Assembly: GCF_054482525.1 (NCBI RefSeq)
Contig: NZ_CM137006.1
Length of the DNA stretch: 64,000 nucleotides
Strand: one strand, 5' to 3'
The position numbers were made by a program, and so were the translations under genes. Positions within the stretch are counted from its first letter, which is position 1. Every line of letters starts with the position of its first letter. Of this stretch, positions 22,579 to 39,043 are shown in pieces. The notes beneath the pieces were generated by a model, which was not told the DNA's origin, made no database searches, and saw nothing but the letters and a program-made list of their open reading frames with translations.

Positions 22579-23128
22579 TGAGATAATTTCCTGATGAACG
22601 AATTAACGAACATAGGCAGACACAAATAGTGGCGTCTGCTTGTCAGAAAAACCGGGAAATCCCCGATTTCCTTTTCCGCAGAAAAGGAAATACCTTTATG
22701 TAAGAAAGTACACCGCCACCTAATATATCCAGTGTCTGTAGCCACTCATCAGGTGGTTGGGCGCGGGATTATATTTTTATTTATGGGTAAAAATTTAGCT
22801 TTTTGTGCAAGTCATTAAATAGATACTTAAGTTATATTTCTTACTCTGCGGGCAGTGAATAATTCATTATTCAGAGTGAATAATAATGACCCGTCTTTAA
22901 TTAATCGCTATTGGGAATACGTCGAAGTAGGTATATACACCAGGATAAACCAATATATTTTTTATGGATATTCATTTTCCTTCATCAGACTGTGAATTGC
23001 AGGGATATCGAACTTGCACGACTCATCGCAACACTCAAGCAGATTTATGAATTTCGTTCATAACCCCTGACAAATCCTGCCGTCTAATCGAGCTCTTCTC
23101 TTTACGTTATGCTTCTCATGAACGATAA

Positions 23129-25995
<2,867 letters not shown>

Positions 25996-26135
25996 CTATT
26001 ATTTTAGCCACATTATTAGTAACAATGATAATCTGGCTGTATCGAAAATAATTCTAAACTTTCAGGAGATTTATTATGAATAAACGTATCCTCACGATTG
26101 CGCCATTCTTCTTACCGATATTCTGACACATATCA

Positions 26136-27062
26136 TCAATTTTCGAGTTTTACTCTTTTCTCCACCATAAAATCAATAAAAGCACGAACTTTAGAGGGCA
26201 TTCTCACCCGTGATGAAACATATATATAAAATCCAGGAAATGAAACGGCCCAATCCTCAAGAATCGGCTGTAACTTGCCCGCATTAATATGTTCAGCGAT
26301 TGCAAAATCCAGATGTTGAATGATACCCGTTCCATTCAGCGCCATTCGTATCATGCTTTCGTCATCATTAGAAATATACTTACCTGACACCTCTATTTCG
26401 AACTCTTCATTACCCCCCACAACATTCGAAAACTCCCATGCAGAGAGTGCACCGCTACTTTTATGCCGCAACCGAAGACAATTATGGTTACTCAATTCCT
26501 GAGGCGTTTCAGGAATACCGTGTTCTTTTAAATAATCTGGCGATGCCACAGTAACCAGTTTAATAAGCGGAGAAACAGGAACGGCAGTCATATGCTCATC
26601 CAGTCCTTGCTCAAGACGTATGCCCACATCACAGCCGTCCGCAATAATGTTAGATAAACCGTCATCCATAATGAGTTCTATCTTTGTTTTGGGGTAACGA
26701 GTAAGAAACTCGCCAATATGAGGCTCAACAAGCATCCGTGCTGCAACACGGGAGGAATTTATTCTCAACAGGCCTGTAGGTTCAAGTTGGGTATCACCAA
26801 CATCTTTCAAAGCATCATCAATTTGTCCCAAAGCCGACACCAGCACTTCATACAGACGCTGTCCTTCCTCAGTAAGCGACATATTGCGGGTCGTACGGTA
26901 TATCAGCTTGGTGTTAAGACGTTCCTCAAGAGATTTTAAATTCTGGGACAATGCGGCCCGCGTAATACCCATTTCAGAAGCGGCTCTGGAAAAACTGCCG
27001 GCACGAACAATAAGCGCAAACCAGGCAAGAGAAGGCAAAATTGAAGGCTCTATTTTCATCAT
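26136..27062 (-). CDS. LysR-family transcriptional regulator
   Basis: HTH FALIVRAGSFSRAASEMGITRAALSQNLKSLEE; divergent from the hydrolase gene; start uncertain (Met32/33 of the track ORF). Confidence 0.8.
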   Translation of the reverse strand: MMKIEPSILPSLAWFALIVRAGSFSRAASEMGITRAALSQNLKSLEERLNTKLIYRTTRNMSLTEEGQRLYEVLVSALGQIDDALKDVGDTQLEPTGLLRINSSRVAARMLVEPHIGEFLTRYPKTKIELIMDDGLSNIIADGCDVGIRLEQGLDEHMTAVPVSPLIKLVTVASPDYLKEHGIPETPQELSNHNCLRLRHKSSGALSAWEFSNVVGGNEEFEIEVSGKYISNDDESMIRMALNGTGIIQHLDFAIAEHINAGKLQPILEDWAVSFPGFYIYVSSRVRMPSKVRAFIDFMVEKRVKLEN

Positions 27063-27218
27063 TGTAAACCTTAACTTAACACTGTGATAGATATTAGACC
27101 ATTGATGATAACCAATACAAGTCATACTATTACGCCGTTCTCGATATGAACACAAATGCCAGTTGCGGATAATAGAAATGATATTTAAATCTGTTTAGGC
27201 AAATCCCCGGAGCTTGAA

Positions 27219-28139
27219 ATGAAAACTGTTTCGATAAAACACACTTACTGGGATATAGCTGCTGATATCTATTTCCCTGACGATTTTAATAGTAAAAAAA
27301 AGTATCCTGCCATTATCAGCGCCCATCCAATTGGAAGCTGCAAAGAACAGACATCGGGTAGTGTGTATGGTGCCGCCCTGGCAAAAGCTGGCTTTATCGT
27401 CATTGCTTTTGATGCCAGTTTTCAGGGAAGCAGCGGTGGGGAACCGCGTTATCTGGAAGATCCAACAATGCGAGTAAAAGACTTCAGCATTGTCGTTGAT
27501 TACCTTACCAGCTTACCTTACGTTGATGCCTGGCGTATTGGTGTACTGGGTATTTGTGGTGGAGGTGGATATGCCATTAATGCCGCAATGACAGAACGTC
27601 GAATTAAAGCTATTGGTACTGTCACGGGTGCAAACTACGGGCGTCTTATGCGTGAGGGATTTACAGCGTTTAATCCTATCGGAGCACTCGAAGCAATGGC
27701 GCAACAAAGAACAGACGAAGCTAACGGCGCAAAACTTCGCGTAGATGATTTACTCCCCTCTTCTCCAGATGCAGCTCTTGAAGCGGGATTAACAGAAATA
27801 GACCTTTTTGAAGCCACAGAATATTATCGTTCGCCACGAGGCTGTGCACCTAATGGGGTAAATCGTTCGCTATTCTCACATCAGACTGTTGCCGTGGGTT
27901 GGGATGCATTTCATCTTGCAGAAGTGCTGTTAACTCAACCAATAATGGTTGTGGTGGGCGATAGAGTGGGCGCATTTGGTGCCTACCGTGACGGCTGCGA
28001 AATTATTGGCCGCGCTGCCTCAAAACATAAAGAGCTGGTCGTGGTTGAAGGTTATTCACATTACGACCTGTATGATAAGCCAGAACCGGTGAAACAGGCA
28101 CTCGATAAATTAATTCCTTTTTATAAAACACATTTGTAA
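27219..28139 (+). CDS. Alpha/beta-fold hydrolase, dienelactone-hydrolase-like (GxCxG nucleophile)
   Basis: 306 aa with a GICGGGGYA elbow; no signal peptide. Confidence 0.75.
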   Translation: MKTVSIKHTYWDIAADIYFPDDFNSKKKYPAIISAHPIGSCKEQTSGSVYGAALAKAGFIVIAFDASFQGSSGGEPRYLEDPTMRVKDFSIVVDYLTSLPYVDAWRIGVLGICGGGGYAINAAMTERRIKAIGTVTGANYGRLMREGFTAFNPIGALEAMAQQRTDEANGAKLRVDDLLPSSPDAALEAGLTEIDLFEATEYYRSPRGCAPNGVNRSLFSHQTVAVGWDAFHLAEVLLTQPIMVVVGDRVGAFGAYRDGCEIIGRAASKHKELVVVEGYSHYDLYDKPEPVKQALDKLIPFYKTHL

Positions 28140-28383
28140 TAATTTTACAGGGAGATTCCTTATCTCCCTGACATTTATCCTTTATTGACTACACAACAAT
28201 AATAAAATTACTCAAAAAGAAATTTCATTAAAGAAACAAAAAAGCAGCAACTCAATTATTAAGATTATTAGAACCCCTTTGAAGGGATTATAAATAAAGC
28301 CAGAAATCTTGGTTCCAAAGCTGGCAACAACTAACCAGTTAAAACATACGCATCAAAATCAGATAAACATTTGAGGTATTGTT

Positions 28384-29526
28384 ATGACAAATAAACACCC
28401 ATCATTGTTTTCTCCTTTTATGCTGACAGAAAAAATAAAGCTACGTAATCGTATCGTTATGGCTCCTATGACGACCTGGTCAGCGAATCCTGATGGAACC
28501 ATCTCTGAGCAAGAACTCGAATTTTATAAACGCCGCTCACAAAATGTTGGTTTAGTAATAACAGGATGTACCTATGTCACGCCAAGCGGCATTGGGTTTA
28601 CTCATGAATTTGCCGCATATGACGACCGTTTCATTAACAGCCTTGAAAAGTTAGCAGCGGCAGCCCAAAGTGGGGGTGCTCCGGCTATTTTGCAGATTTT
28701 CCACGCCGGTAATAAAGCCATCCCGGAGCTTGTACCAAATAACGATGTTATTAGTGCCAGCGCATCAAGCGTAAAATCTGGTGACTTTGTGAAGAGAGTG
28801 GTACAAAGCAGGGAAATGACTGAAAACGAAATTCAGGAAACCATTAGAGCATTCGGAGATGTCACAAAAAGGGCGATTAAAGCAGGTTTTGATGGCATTG
28901 AACTTCATGGTGCGCACGGATTCCTTCTACAGAATTTCTTCTCCCCTCTATTTAACCAGCGTAATGACCGATGGGGAGGAGATCTCGAAGGACGTATGCG
29001 CTTCCCGCTGGCCGTATTACAGGAAGTAAAAAATGTAGTCTATGAATATGCGACAAAGCCCTTTGCCATCGGTTACAGAATATCTCCTGAAGAATCTGCA
29101 ACAGGGGGGCTGCGGATAGAGGATACTTATAAACTCCTTGATCGGCTCATTTCATCCGGTATTTCGTATATACATACCTCGCTGGTCAGTATTAACGATA
29201 GCTACCCTGTTGAGTCGCCAAATGGCCCCCGAACTATTGAATTGATTTTAAATCATATTGCAGGCAGAGTGCCGGTAATCGCCGCAGGTAAAATACGCAC
29301 ACCGTCTCAGGCTCAAGAAGCAATTTCCGCTGGCCTGCCACTTGTTGCGATCGGTAAAGGGCTGGTGATAAATCCAGAATGGGTGACTTTAGCTGAATCA
29401 GGTAGAAGCCATGAAATTCAAACAACCCTTAATCCACAACTTGTTCCTGAATTAACCATTCCGGATAAACTATGGGATCAAATTCAGGCATCTAGAGGAA
29501 CTGGCTGGTTTCCGTTAATGGATTAA
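28384..29526 (+). CDS. NADH:flavin oxidoreductase (Old Yellow Enzyme family)
   Basis: 380 aa TIM-barrel flavoenzyme with the HGAHGFLLQNFFSP motif. Confidence 0.85.
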   Translation: MTNKHPSLFSPFMLTEKIKLRNRIVMAPMTTWSANPDGTISEQELEFYKRRSQNVGLVITGCTYVTPSGIGFTHEFAAYDDRFINSLEKLAAAAQSGGAPAILQIFHAGNKAIPELVPNNDVISASASSVKSGDFVKRVVQSREMTENEIQETIRAFGDVTKRAIKAGFDGIELHGAHGFLLQNFFSPLFNQRNDRWGGDLEGRMRFPLAVLQEVKNVVYEYATKPFAIGYRISPEESATGGLRIEDTYKLLDRLISSGISYIHTSLVSINDSYPVESPNGPRTIELILNHIAGRVPVIAAGKIRTPSQAQEAISAGLPLVAIGKGLVINPEWVTLAESGRSHEIQTTLNPQLVPELTIPDKLWDQIQASRGTGWFPLMD

Positions 29527-29998
29527 ATATCTATTACTCTCCCGAGAGTAAAACTATCAAATCAATGAGTAACCGATACAGCCTCGCAAATTCTTTCAGA
29601 TAATTAACCCGTCACTGCGGCACGTTCTCTCATAAGGCGTGCCTGCAGTGTAATCAAGTATGTATCCGGCATAGTTGACGGTTTAATAGAACTCAATTCC
29701 TCTCCCAGGTCACCAACAACGATATCTTGTATAACACCCCAGGAGATACGACATTATGATGAGATGAGGTATGCTCCTCAGCGCCAATCAACGCCAGGGC
29801 TGGGCCAGTTTTGAGATCAGACTCATTCCCGGACTGACTTCAGGCGACATATATCAATGACGTTGGGGCAATAAAAGATAGCCGATGTAATACATCTATT
29901 CAAATTTGTGATACATGTCAAAAAATTGGTTGACCAAACTCGTTATTTATATAAGGGCACTTACGAAGTGCACTCTTTTTTAAAGCGAGGAAGTACCA

Positions 29999-30100
29999 AT
30001 GAAAGAGAATAAAGTACAGCAAATCAGTCATAAACTGATTAATATCGTTGTTTTTATCGCAATTGTAGAATACGCCTATTTATTTCTCCATTTCTATTAA
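29999..30100 (+). CDS. ykgR: Small membrane protein YkgR (33 aa)
   Basis: ATG AAA GAG AAT... encodes MKENKVQQISHKLINIVVFIAIVEYAYLFLHFY; too short for the ORF track. Confidence 0.75.
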   Translation: MKENKVQQISHKLINIVVFIAIVEYAYLFLHFY

Positions 30101-30420
30101 TAACGGCAGTAAACTGTTCACTTCAGTGATATTTAAAATATGCATCCTCTCCCTTTTTGTAAGTAATTATTATATCCGTGGGAGAGGAATACACGCTGTC
30201 AGGTAATCAATCATACTGCGATAAATCATCGGCCAGTAAAGTGGAGATAACCTCCATTCTCGAAAAAGCGAAACTATCATCAATCACTCATCCAGGCGTT
30301 TATGGGAGCGTCGCCAACGGCTGCTAACAATGCCAGACTTCCCCGTTGGGGAAATTCCACATACCACAAATAGTCACAGGGATTGGGTGTTGAAATGATC
30401 CGGATGAGCATGTATCTTTA

Positions 30421-30443
30421 TGGTTATGTTATAACATAACAGG
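30421..30443. promoter_or_regulatory. Zur box upstream of ykgM-ykgO
   Basis: TGGTTATGTTATAACATAACAGG contains the palindrome ATGTTATAACAT, abutting the ykgM RBS. Confidence 0.65.
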
Positions 30444-30451
30444 TAAAAATG

Positions 30452-30715
30452 ATGAAACCCAATATCCATCCTGAGTATCGTACTGTGGTGTTCCATGACA
30501 CCAGTGTTGATGAGTACTTTAAAATCGGCTCGACTATCAAAACAGACCGTGAGATTGAGCTGGATGGCGTAACGTATCCGTACGTGACAATTGATGTCTC
30601 TTCGAAATCGCACCCGTTCTATACAGGGAAGCTGAGAACAGTAGCATCAGAAGGAAATGTTGCACGGTTCACCCAACGTTTTGGTCGTTTTGTTAGCACG
30701 AAAAAGGGGGCGTGA
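30452..30715 (+). CDS. ykgM: Ribosomal protein L31 type B (zinc-independent paralog)
   Basis: 87 aa starting [18 protein letters not shown]; lacks the CxxC zinc ribbon. Confidence 0.92.
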
Positions 30716-30855
30716 TGAAAGTCCTTAACTCTCTGCGTACCGCAAAAGAACGCCATCCAGACTGTCAGATTGTGAAGCGAAAAGGACGGCTATATGTGAT
30801 TTGTAAATCTAATCCACGTTTTAAGGCCGTTCAGGGTCGTAAGAAAAAACGTTGA
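30715..30855 (+). CDS. ykgO: Ribosomal protein L36 paralog (zinc-independent)
   Basis: 46-aa [49 protein letters not shown]; ATGA overlap with the ykgM stop. Confidence 0.88.
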   Translation: MKVLNSLRTAKERHPDCQIVKRKGRLYVICKSNPRFKAVQGRKKKR

Positions 30856-30905
30856 TTCAAAATTCGACGGATTAATGATATTTGTCTGATTAATAATCAG
30901 ACCTG

Positions 30906-30946
30906 ATTAATGTTGGTGTATTTATTACACCAGCATTAATTTTCTT
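30906..30946 (+). terminator. Rho-independent terminator of ykgM-ykgO
   Basis: 15-bp stem ATTAATGTTGGTGTA / TACACCAGCATTAAT followed by TTTCTT. Confidence 0.65.
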
Positions 30947-31869
30947 GGGGATGTATCTTCCTGTTCATTTAAGGTCAACTGCCTGACGTTTCTCTCCGAA
31001 TATTCCATTATATTAATGTTGACTTGTTAACCAGGTGCGCCCTGTATGCTGGCATCAACTCTCTTTTAGACTGAACACGCCACTCAGTTTCCTCCCTTTG
31101 CGACGCAGCCTGCATTTACACTCAAACGGTTAAGATGATAAATGTGGTAAATCTGTTGGTACTGACATAAAAACGTTTACGTCACAGGAACGGCCTGATC
31201 CACCGGTAACCCCATCGCCGACGTTCGAGTGCCAGTTAGAGTAACGCGCACAGATGACTGAATGCAGTGCCCTGGCAAAGAGGCCATCGTTCCTGTGACA
31301 ACTGGCAGTCTTCGTTTAACTTCACTTAATTTGGCTCTTAGGGGGCTTACCGGACAGATGACGTACTTACACCTGTTTAATTTTTCATCACTTATTGGGA
31401 TGAACACCCATAACCATTTTGTGCGGCATGTTAATCCATTAAAACACCTTACTGATTGGCAAATCATCTTTAATTATGACTCATGATAGTTTTATATTCT
31501 ATTTCTTATCATTTAAACTTGTTTTTTTACTAGTCCATCACACAACACATTAAGACTATTCCTAACACCTCAGGGCAAAGTTCCTGGCTAATATAAAATG
31601 CAAGTAAGAATTGAACGTTATATTGCCAATAACCTTATGAAACTGAATGTCTTTTTCTTCTTATCAAAAAAGCAATATTTTCATTTTTTGTAAATATTGA
31701 CTTAACCATGGAATTCCTTTTCTGTTCACATATTGACACTCATCAGGAAAAAAACATAAATTTAAACCTAATCGAAATAATTAAAACTTAATCTCGTTTA
31801 ACCTATATTGATATGTGCTACGTATCTTATTTACTTCCGATTTACTAAAGAAACTGAATGTACCTGTAA

Positions 31870-32481
<612 letters not shown>

Positions 32482-32555
32482 ACTCCAGGCAAGTTAGTTT
32501 TAAAAAATGACTCACAGGGACATCACGTCCTCAATTCAACTCGGGAAGAAATGCA

Positions 32556-33143
32556 ATGAAAAAAAAGGTTCTGGCAATAGCTCTGGTAACGGTGTTTACC
32601 GGCATGGGTGTGGCGCAGGCTGCTGACGTAACAGCTCAGGCTGTAGCGACCTGGTCGGCAACAGCCAAAAAAGACACCACCAGTAAACTGGTTGTGACGC
32701 CACTCGGTAGCCTGGCGTTCCAGTATGCCGAAGGCATTAAAGGTTTTAACTCACAGAAAGGTCTATTTGACGTAGCTATCGAGGGTGACTCAACGGCTAC
32801 CGCCTTTAAACTGACCTCACGTCTTATAACCAACACCTTAACCCAGTTGGATACCTCAGGTTCCACACTGAATGTGGGCGTGGATTATAACGGCGCGGCA
32901 GTCGAAAAAACTGGCGATACCGTGATGATCGATACCGCCAACGGCGTACTGGGCGGCAACCTTAGCCCACTGGCTAACGGTTACAATGCCAGCAATCGTA
33001 CCACCGCACAGGATGGTTTCACTTTCTCCATCATCAGCGGCACCACCAATGGTACCACCGCAGTAACCGATTACAGCACTCTACCGGAAGGCATCTGGAG
33101 CGGCGACGTTAGCGTACAGTTCGACGCTACCTGGACCAGTTAA
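32556..33143 (+). CDS. ecpA: E. coli common pilus major subunit EcpA (MatB)
   Basis: 195 aa with a signal peptide [22 protein letters not shown]. Confidence 0.93.
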   Translation: MKKKVLAIALVTVFTGMGVAQAADVTAQAVATWSATAKKDTTSKLVVTPLGSLAFQYAEGIKGFNSQKGLFDVAIEGDSTATAFKLTSRLITNTLTQLDTSGSTLNVGVDYNGAAVEKTGDTVMIDTANGVLGGNLSPLANGYNASNRTTAQDGFTFSIISGTTNGTTAVTDYSTLPEGIWSGDVSVQFDATWTS

Positions 33144-33199
33144 TTTCTCTGATGTACCAGCAGGGGTACCCCCCTGCTTTATTCCTGGACGGAATTGTT

Positions 33200-33868
33200 A
33201 TGAAAAAGCACCTTCTGCCTCTCACTCTGCTGTTTTCCGGAATATCTCCGGCCCAGGCGCTGGATGTCGGCGATATATCATCGTTTATGAACAGTGACAG
33301 CAGCACGCTGAGCAAAACGATCCAAAACAGTACCGACAGTGGCCGCCTCATCAATATCCGTCTCGAACGGCTCTCTTCACCGCTTGACGACGGGCAGGTT
33401 ATCGCAATGGACAAGCCGGATGAGTTGCTACTCACTCCCGCCAGCTTGCTGCTACCCGCCCAAGCCAGCGAAGTGATCCGCTTCTTCTATAAGGGACCAG
33501 CAGATGAAAAAGAGCGCTACTACCGCATTGTCTGGTTTGATCAGGCCCTCAGTGATGCGCAGCGCGATAATGCCAACCGTAGCGCTGTGGCCACTGCTTC
33601 CGCCCGCATCGGCACCATTCTGGTCGTCGCACCCCGCCAGGCGAACTACCACTTTCAGTACGCCAACGGCTCCCTGACAAATACAGGAAATGCGACGCTG
33701 CGGATCCTCGCCTACGGCCCCTGCCTGAAAGCCGCCAATGGTAAGGAGTGTAAAGAGAATTACTACCTGATGCCGGGCAAGTCGCGTCGTTTTACCCGCG
33801 TGGACACGGCGGATAACAAAGGACGGGTTGCACTTTGGCAGGGTGATAAGTTCATTCCCGTGAAATAG
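33200..33868 (+). CDS. ecpB: ECP chaperone EcpB
   Basis: 222 aa from [12 protein letters not shown]; signal peptide. Confidence 0.9.
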   Translation: MKKHLLPLTLLFSGISPAQALDVGDISSFMNSDSSTLSKTIQNSTDSGRLINIRLERLSSPLDDGQVIAMDKPDELLLTPASLLLPAQASEVIRFFYKGPADEKERYYRIVWFDQALSDAQRDNANRSAVATASARIGTILVVAPRQANYHFQYANGSLTNTGNATLRILAYGPCLKAANGKECKENYYLMPGKSRRFTRVDTADNKGRVALWQGDKFIPVK

Positions 33869-33893
33869 ATAGCTGTGCAGATGGATAACGACA

Positions 33894-36419
33894 ATGCCTT
33901 TACGACGGTTCTCCCCAGGACTGAAAGCCCAGTTTGCCTTCGGCATGGTCTTTTTGTTCGTTCAGCCCGATGCCAGCGCTGCTGACATAAGTGCGCAGCA
34001 AATAGGTGGGGTGATTATTCCGCAGGCCTTCAGTCAGGCGCTTCAGGACGGCATGAGCGTCCCGCTCTATATTCATCTTGCCGGTAGCCAGGGTCGCCAG
34101 GACGATCAGCGAATCGGCAGCGCTTTTATCTGGCTGGATGATGGACAGCTACGCATCCGGAAAATACAGCTTGAAGAGAGTGAAGATAACGCCAGTGTCA
34201 GCGAACAAACTCGACAACAGCTGATGGCTCTGGCGAACGCCCCGTTCAATGAGGCCCTTACCATCCCCCTGACTGACAACGCGCAGCTGGATCTCAGCTT
34301 GCGCCAACTGCTGCTGCAGCTGGTGGTCAAGCGCGAAGCGCTGGGCACTGTACTACGCTCACGTAGCGAAGACATCGGGCAGTCCAGTGTTAACGCCCTC
34401 AGCAGTAATCTGAGCTATAACTTCGGCATCTATAACAACCAGTTGCGTAACGGCGGGAGCAACACATCCAGCTATCTGTCGCTGAATAACGTTACAGCAC
34501 TGCGCGAACATCATGTGGTGCTCGACGGCTCGCTGTATGGGATCGGTAGCGGTCAACAGGACAGTGAATTATATAAAGCGATGTATGAACGCGATTTTGC
34601 TGGTCACCGATTTGCCGGTGGAATGCTCGACACCTGGAACTTGCAGTCCTTAGGGCCGATGACCGCCATTTCAGCAGGGAAGATTTACGGCCTTTCCTGG
34701 GGAAACCAGGCCAGCTCCACCATCTTCGACAGCAGCCAGTCAGCCACGCCAGTGATCGCCTTTTTACCGGCGGCGGGCGAAGTACATCTCACCCGTGATG
34801 GGCGGCTACTAAGCGTTCAGAACTTCACCATGGGCAATCATGAAGTGGATACCCGGGGTCTACCGTACGGTATTTACGATGTGGAAGTTGAGGTGATCGT
34901 TAACGGTCGCGTGATCAGCAAACGCACTCAACGGGTCAATAAGCTGTTTAGCCGGGGGCGCGGCGTCGGTGCACCACTGGCGTGGCAGATATGGGGTGGT
35001 AGCTTTCATATGGATCGCTGGTCGGAAAACGGGAAAAAGACGCGACCAGCTAAAGAGAGTTGGCTGGCAGGTGCCTCGACCTCCGGCTCACTGAGTACGC
35101 TTAGCTGGGCGGCAACGGGATATGGATACGATAATCAGGCGGTGGGTGAAACCCGTCTGACGCTGCCGCTTGGGGGAGCGATCAACGTTAACCTGCAAAA
35201 TATGCTGGCCAGTGACAGCTCATGGAGCAACATCGCCAGCATCAGCGCCACTCTACCGGGAGGCTTTAGTTCGCTGTGGGTTAACCAGGAAAAAACCCGC
35301 ATTGGCAATCAATTGCGACGTAGCGATGCCGACAACCGTGCAATCGGCGGCACACTCAACCTGAACTCACTGTGGTCGAAGCTGGGCACATTCAGCATCA
35401 GCTACAATGATGACCGCCGTTACAACAGCCATTATTACACGGCAGATTACTATCAAAATGTCTACAGCGGTCCCTTTGGTTCGCTTGGCCTGCGGGCCGG
35501 TATTCAGCGCTATAACAACGGCGACAGCAGCGCCAATACAGGGAAATATATCGCTCTCGATCTCTCGCTACCACTGGGCAACTGGTTTAGCGCAGGGATG
35601 ACCCATCAAAACGGCTACACCATGGCAAACCTGTCAGCACGCAAACAGTTTGATGAAGGAACCATTCGCACTGTTGGTGCCAATCTGTCACGAGCCATCT
35701 CCGGCGATACCGGTGATGACAAAACCCTCAGCGGTGGGGCGTATGCACAGTTCGACGCTCGTTACGCCAGCGGAACGCTGAACGTCAATAGCGCGGCGGA
35801 CGGCTACATCAATACCAATTTGACCGCCAACGGCAGCGTCGGCTGGCAAGGTAAAAACATCGCTGCCAGCGGGCGGACCGATGGCAATGCTGGGGTGATA
35901 TTCGACACTGGCCTGGAGAACGATGGTCAGATCAGCGCCAAAATCAACGGGCGGATTTTCCCGCTTAACGGCAAGCGTAACTATCTCCCGCTCTCTCCCT
36001 ATGGAAGATATGAGGTGGAGTTACAGAACAGCAAAAACTCACTCGACAGTTACGATATCGTCAGCGGTCGCAAAAGCCATCTGACTCTCTATCCAGGCAA
36101 TGTCGCTGTCATTGAGCCAGAGGTGAAGCAGATGGTTACCGTCTCCGGTCGTATCCGTGCGGAAGACGGCACACTGCTGGCTAACGCACGGATTAACAAC
36201 CATATCGGCCGAACCCGAACCGATGAAAACGGCGAGTTTGTCATGGACGTGGACAAGAAATACCCCACTATCGATTTTCGCTACAGTGGCAATAAAACCT
36301 GCGAAGTGGCACTGGAACTCAACCAGGCGCGCGGTGCCGTCTGGGTCGGTGATGTGGTCTGCAGCGGCCTCTCATCGTGGGCGGCGGTGACGCAGACAGG
36401 AGAAGAGAATGAGAGTTAA
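33894..36419 (+). CDS. ecpC: ECP usher EcpC
   Basis: 841-aa outer-membrane usher-like protein. Confidence 0.93.
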   Translation: MPLRRFSPGLKAQFAFGMVFLFVQPDASAADISAQQIGGVIIPQAFSQALQDGMSVPLYIHLAGSQGRQDDQRIGSAFIWLDDGQLRIRKIQLEESEDNASVSEQTRQQLMALANAPFNEALTIPLTDNAQLDLSLRQLLLQLVVKREALGTVLRSRSEDIGQSSVNALSSNLSYNFGIYNNQLRNGGSNTSSYLSLNNVTALREHHVVLDGSLYGIGSGQQDSELYKAMYERDFAGHRFAGGMLDTWNLQSLGPMTAISAGKIYGLSWGNQASSTIFDSSQSATPVIAFLPAAGEVHLTRDGRLLSVQNFTMGNHEVDTRGLPYGIYDVEVEVIVNGRVISKRTQRVNKLFSRGRGVGAPLAWQIWGGSFHMDRWSENGKKTRPAKESWLAGASTSGSLSTLSWAATGYGYDNQAVGETRLTLPLGGAINVNLQNMLASDSSWSNIASISATLPGGFSSLWVNQEKTRIGNQLRRSDADNRAIGGTLNLNSLWSKLGTFSISYNDDRRYNSHYYTADYYQNVYSGPFGSLGLRAGIQRYNNGDSSANTGKYIALDLSLPLGNWFSAGMTHQNGYTMANLSARKQFDEGTIRTVGANLSRAISGDTGDDKTLSGGAYAQFDARYASGTLNVNSAADGYINTNLTANGSVGWQGKNIAASGRTDGNAGVIFDTGLENDGQISAKINGRIFPLNGKRNYLPLSPYGRYEVELQNSKNSLDSYDIVSGRKSHLTLYPGNVAVIEPEVKQMVTVSGRIRAEDGTLLANARINNHIGRTRTDENGEFVMDVDKKYPTIDFRYSGNKTCEVALELNQARGAVWVGDVVCSGLSSWAAVTQTGEENES

Positions 36420-38052
36420 CCTACTGATAGCGATGATAATCTTTGCGCTAATCTGGCCTGCAACCGCGCTCAGAGCGGCAGTGAGCAAAACAACCTGGGC
36501 GGATGCTCCGGCACGCGAGTTTGTGTTTGTCGAAAACAACTCAGACGACAACTTTTTCGTCACGCCTGGCGGGGCGCTGGATCCGCGCCTGACCGGTGCC
36601 AACCGCTGGACCGGTTTAAAATACAATGGTTCAGGAACCATCTATCAGCAAAGTCTCGGCTACATTGATAACGGTTACAACACCGGCCTTTATACCAACT
36701 GGAAGTTTGATATGTGGCTGGAAAATTCACCAGTTTCATCTCCTTTAACTGGCTTGCGCTGCATCAACTGGTACGCAGGGTGTAATATGACCACCAGTCT
36801 TATCCTGCCGCAAACCACCGACGCCAGTGGATTTTATGGCGCGACGGTGACCAGCGGCGGCGCGAAGTGGATGCACGGCATGTTGTCAGACGCGTTTTAC
36901 CAGTATCTGCAACAAATGCCCGTCGGCAGCAGCTTTACAATGACCATCAATGCCTGCCAGACCTCTGTGAACTATGACGCCAGCAGCGGCGCACGCTGTA
37001 AGGATCAGGCCTCCGGCAACTGGTATGTTCGCAACGTCACCCATACGAAAGCAGCAAATCTGCGGTTGATAAATACCCACTCGCTGGCGGAAGTATTTAT
37101 CAACAGCGACGGAGTACCGACTCTGGGCGAAGGGAACGCCGACTGCCGGACGCAAACCATCGGCAGCCGTTCAGGATTAAGTTGTAAGATGGTTAACTAT
37201 ACCCTGCAAACAAACGGACTCAGCAACACCTCAATCCATATATTCCCGGCGATCGCCAACTCGTCGTTAGCCTCGGCCGTCGGGGCGTACGATATGCAGT
37301 TCAGTCTGAATGGCAGTTCATGGAAACCGGTGAGCAATACCGCCTATTACTACACCTTCAACGAGATGAAGAGCGCAGACTCGATCTATGTTTTCTTCTC
37401 GAGCAACTTCTTTAAGCAGATGGTGAACCTCGGGATCAGCGATATCAACACCAAAGATCTATTCAACTTTCGCTTTCAGAACACCACATCACCGGAGTCT
37501 GGCTGGTATGAATTTTCTACCTCCAACACGCTGATTATCAAACCCCGTGATTTCAGCATCAGTATTATCTCCGATGAATATACTCAGACACCGTCGCGGG
37601 AGGGATATGTCGGCAGCGGCGAGTCGGCACTCGATTTCGGCTATATCGTAACCACCAGCGGTAAAACAGCTGCCGACGAAGTGCTGATCAAGGTGACCGG
37701 ACCCGCGCAGGTGATTGGCGGACGCTCCTATTGTGTCTTCAGCTCCGATGACGGTAAGGCGAAAGTACCGTTCCCGGCGACGCTTTCCTTTATTACCCGC
37801 AACGGAGCTACAAAAACCTACGATGCCGGGTGCGATGATAGCTGGCGGGATATGACCGATGCGCTGTGGCTGACTACACCGTGGACTGATATCTCTGGCG
37901 AAGTGGGGCAGATGGATAAGACCACTGTCAAATTTTCGATTCCAATGGATAACGCCATTTCGCTGCGTACGGTAGATGATAACGGCTGGTTTGGCGAAGT
38001 CAGCGCTTCAGGAGAGATTCATGTTCAGGCGACGTGGCGTAACATTAACTAA
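36409..38052 (+). CDS. ecpD: ECP tip adhesin EcpD
   Basis: 547 aa; overlaps the ecpC stop. Confidence 0.92.
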   Translation: MRVNLLIAMIIFALIWPATALRAAVSKTTWADAPAREFVFVENNSDDNFFVTPGGALDPRLTGANRWTGLKYNGSGTIYQQSLGYIDNGYNTGLYTNWKFDMWLENSPVSSPLTGLRCINWYAGCNMTTSLILPQTTDASGFYGATVTSGGAKWMHGMLSDAFYQYLQQMPVGSSFTMTINACQTSVNYDASSGARCKDQASGNWYVRNVTHTKAANLRLINTHSLAEVFINSDGVPTLGEGNADCRTQTIGSRSGLSCKMVNYTLQTNGLSNTSIHIFPAIANSSLASAVGAYDMQFSLNGSSWKPVSNTAYYYTFNEMKSADSIYVFFSSNFFKQMVNLGISDINTKDLFNFRFQNTTSPESGWYEFSTSNTLIIKPRDFSISIISDEYTQTPSREGYVGSGESALDFGYIVTTSGKTAADEVLIKVTGPAQVIGGRSYCVFSSDDGKAKVPFPATLSFITRNGATKTYDAGCDDSWRDMTDALWLTTPWTDISGEVGQMDKTTVKFSIPMDNAISLRTVDDNGWFGEVSASGEIHVQATWRNIN

Positions 38053-38731
38053 GGCCCTGCTGACAGCGGTCTGTATGCTGGCGGCACCTTTGACACAGGC
38101 GATTTCGGTCGGCAATCTGACATTTTCGCTGCCGTCCGAGACTGACTTTGTCAGCAAACGTGTAGTGAATAACAACAAAAGCGCACGGATATACCGTATT
38201 GCCATCAGTGCTATTGATAGCCCGGGCAGCAGTGAATTGCGCACCCGACCGGTGGATGGTGAACTACTTTTCGCCCCCCGCCAGCTGGCGTTGCAGGCTG
38301 GTGAGAGCGAGTATTTTAAATTTTACTATCATGGTCCACAGGATAACCGCGAGCGCTACTACCGGGTCTCATTTCGCGAGGTCCCCACTCGCAACCAGAC
38401 AAGACGCAGCCCAACCGGCGGCGAGGTCAGCACGGAGCCGGTGGTGGTGATGGATACCATTCTGGTAGTACGACCACGTCAGGTTCAGTTTAAATGGTCC
38501 TTCGACCAGGTGACAGGAACGGTAAGTAACACCGGCAACACGTGGTTTAAGCTACTGATTAAACCAGGATGTGATTCGACCGAAGAGGAAGGCGACGCCT
38601 GGTATCTACGTCCGGGAGACGTTGTTCATCAGCCTGAGTTACGTCAGCCGGGGAATCATTATCTGGTCTATAACGACAAATTCATTAAGATTAGCGATTC
38701 CTGTCCGGCTAAGCCCCCTTCGGCGGACTAA
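38021..38731 (+). CDS. ecpE: ECP chaperone EcpE
   Basis: 236 aa from [14 protein letters not shown]; paralog of EcpB. Confidence 0.9.
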   Translation: MFRRRGVTLTKALLTAVCMLAAPLTQAISVGNLTFSLPSETDFVSKRVVNNNKSARIYRIAISAIDSPGSSELRTRPVDGELLFAPRQLALQAGESEYFKFYYHGPQDNRERYYRVSFREVPTRNQTRRSPTGGEVSTEPVVVMDTILVVRPRQVQFKWSFDQVTGTVSNTGNTWFKLLIKPGCDSTEEEGDAWYLRPGDVVHQPELRQPGNHYLVYNDKFIKISDSCPAKPPSAD

Positions 38732-39043
38732 GACTTATCCATCGGTCGAGGGAAGAACTCCACCTCAGAGACTCAAAAATCGTTTAAATAATGTGGAAGC
38801 GATCGTCAATGTCACCTGTAACGATGGGCTTTCTCATATGTACACCATAGTGTTCAGGAGACACGGAAAGGTACCAGGCAGCCTGCTAACGAGTGGTTTA
38901 TTCACGAATTAGTACGTAAAATCGGTAACGGCTGGAAATCATTCAATACTCACACTATCGAAAGTTCCCCAGCCAACCGCGGTACGTTCTTACATACGAT
39001 GTACCGCTGTTCTCTTTACGATTTAAAGCTGTACTGGTGAATT

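Noticed and set aside
31262-31486. 74-aa plus-strand ORF as a ykgL candidate
   Set aside because: Length is close to what I recall for K-12 ykgL, but I cannot recall its sequence or strand, and an alternative minus-strand ORF overlaps it; left unannotated
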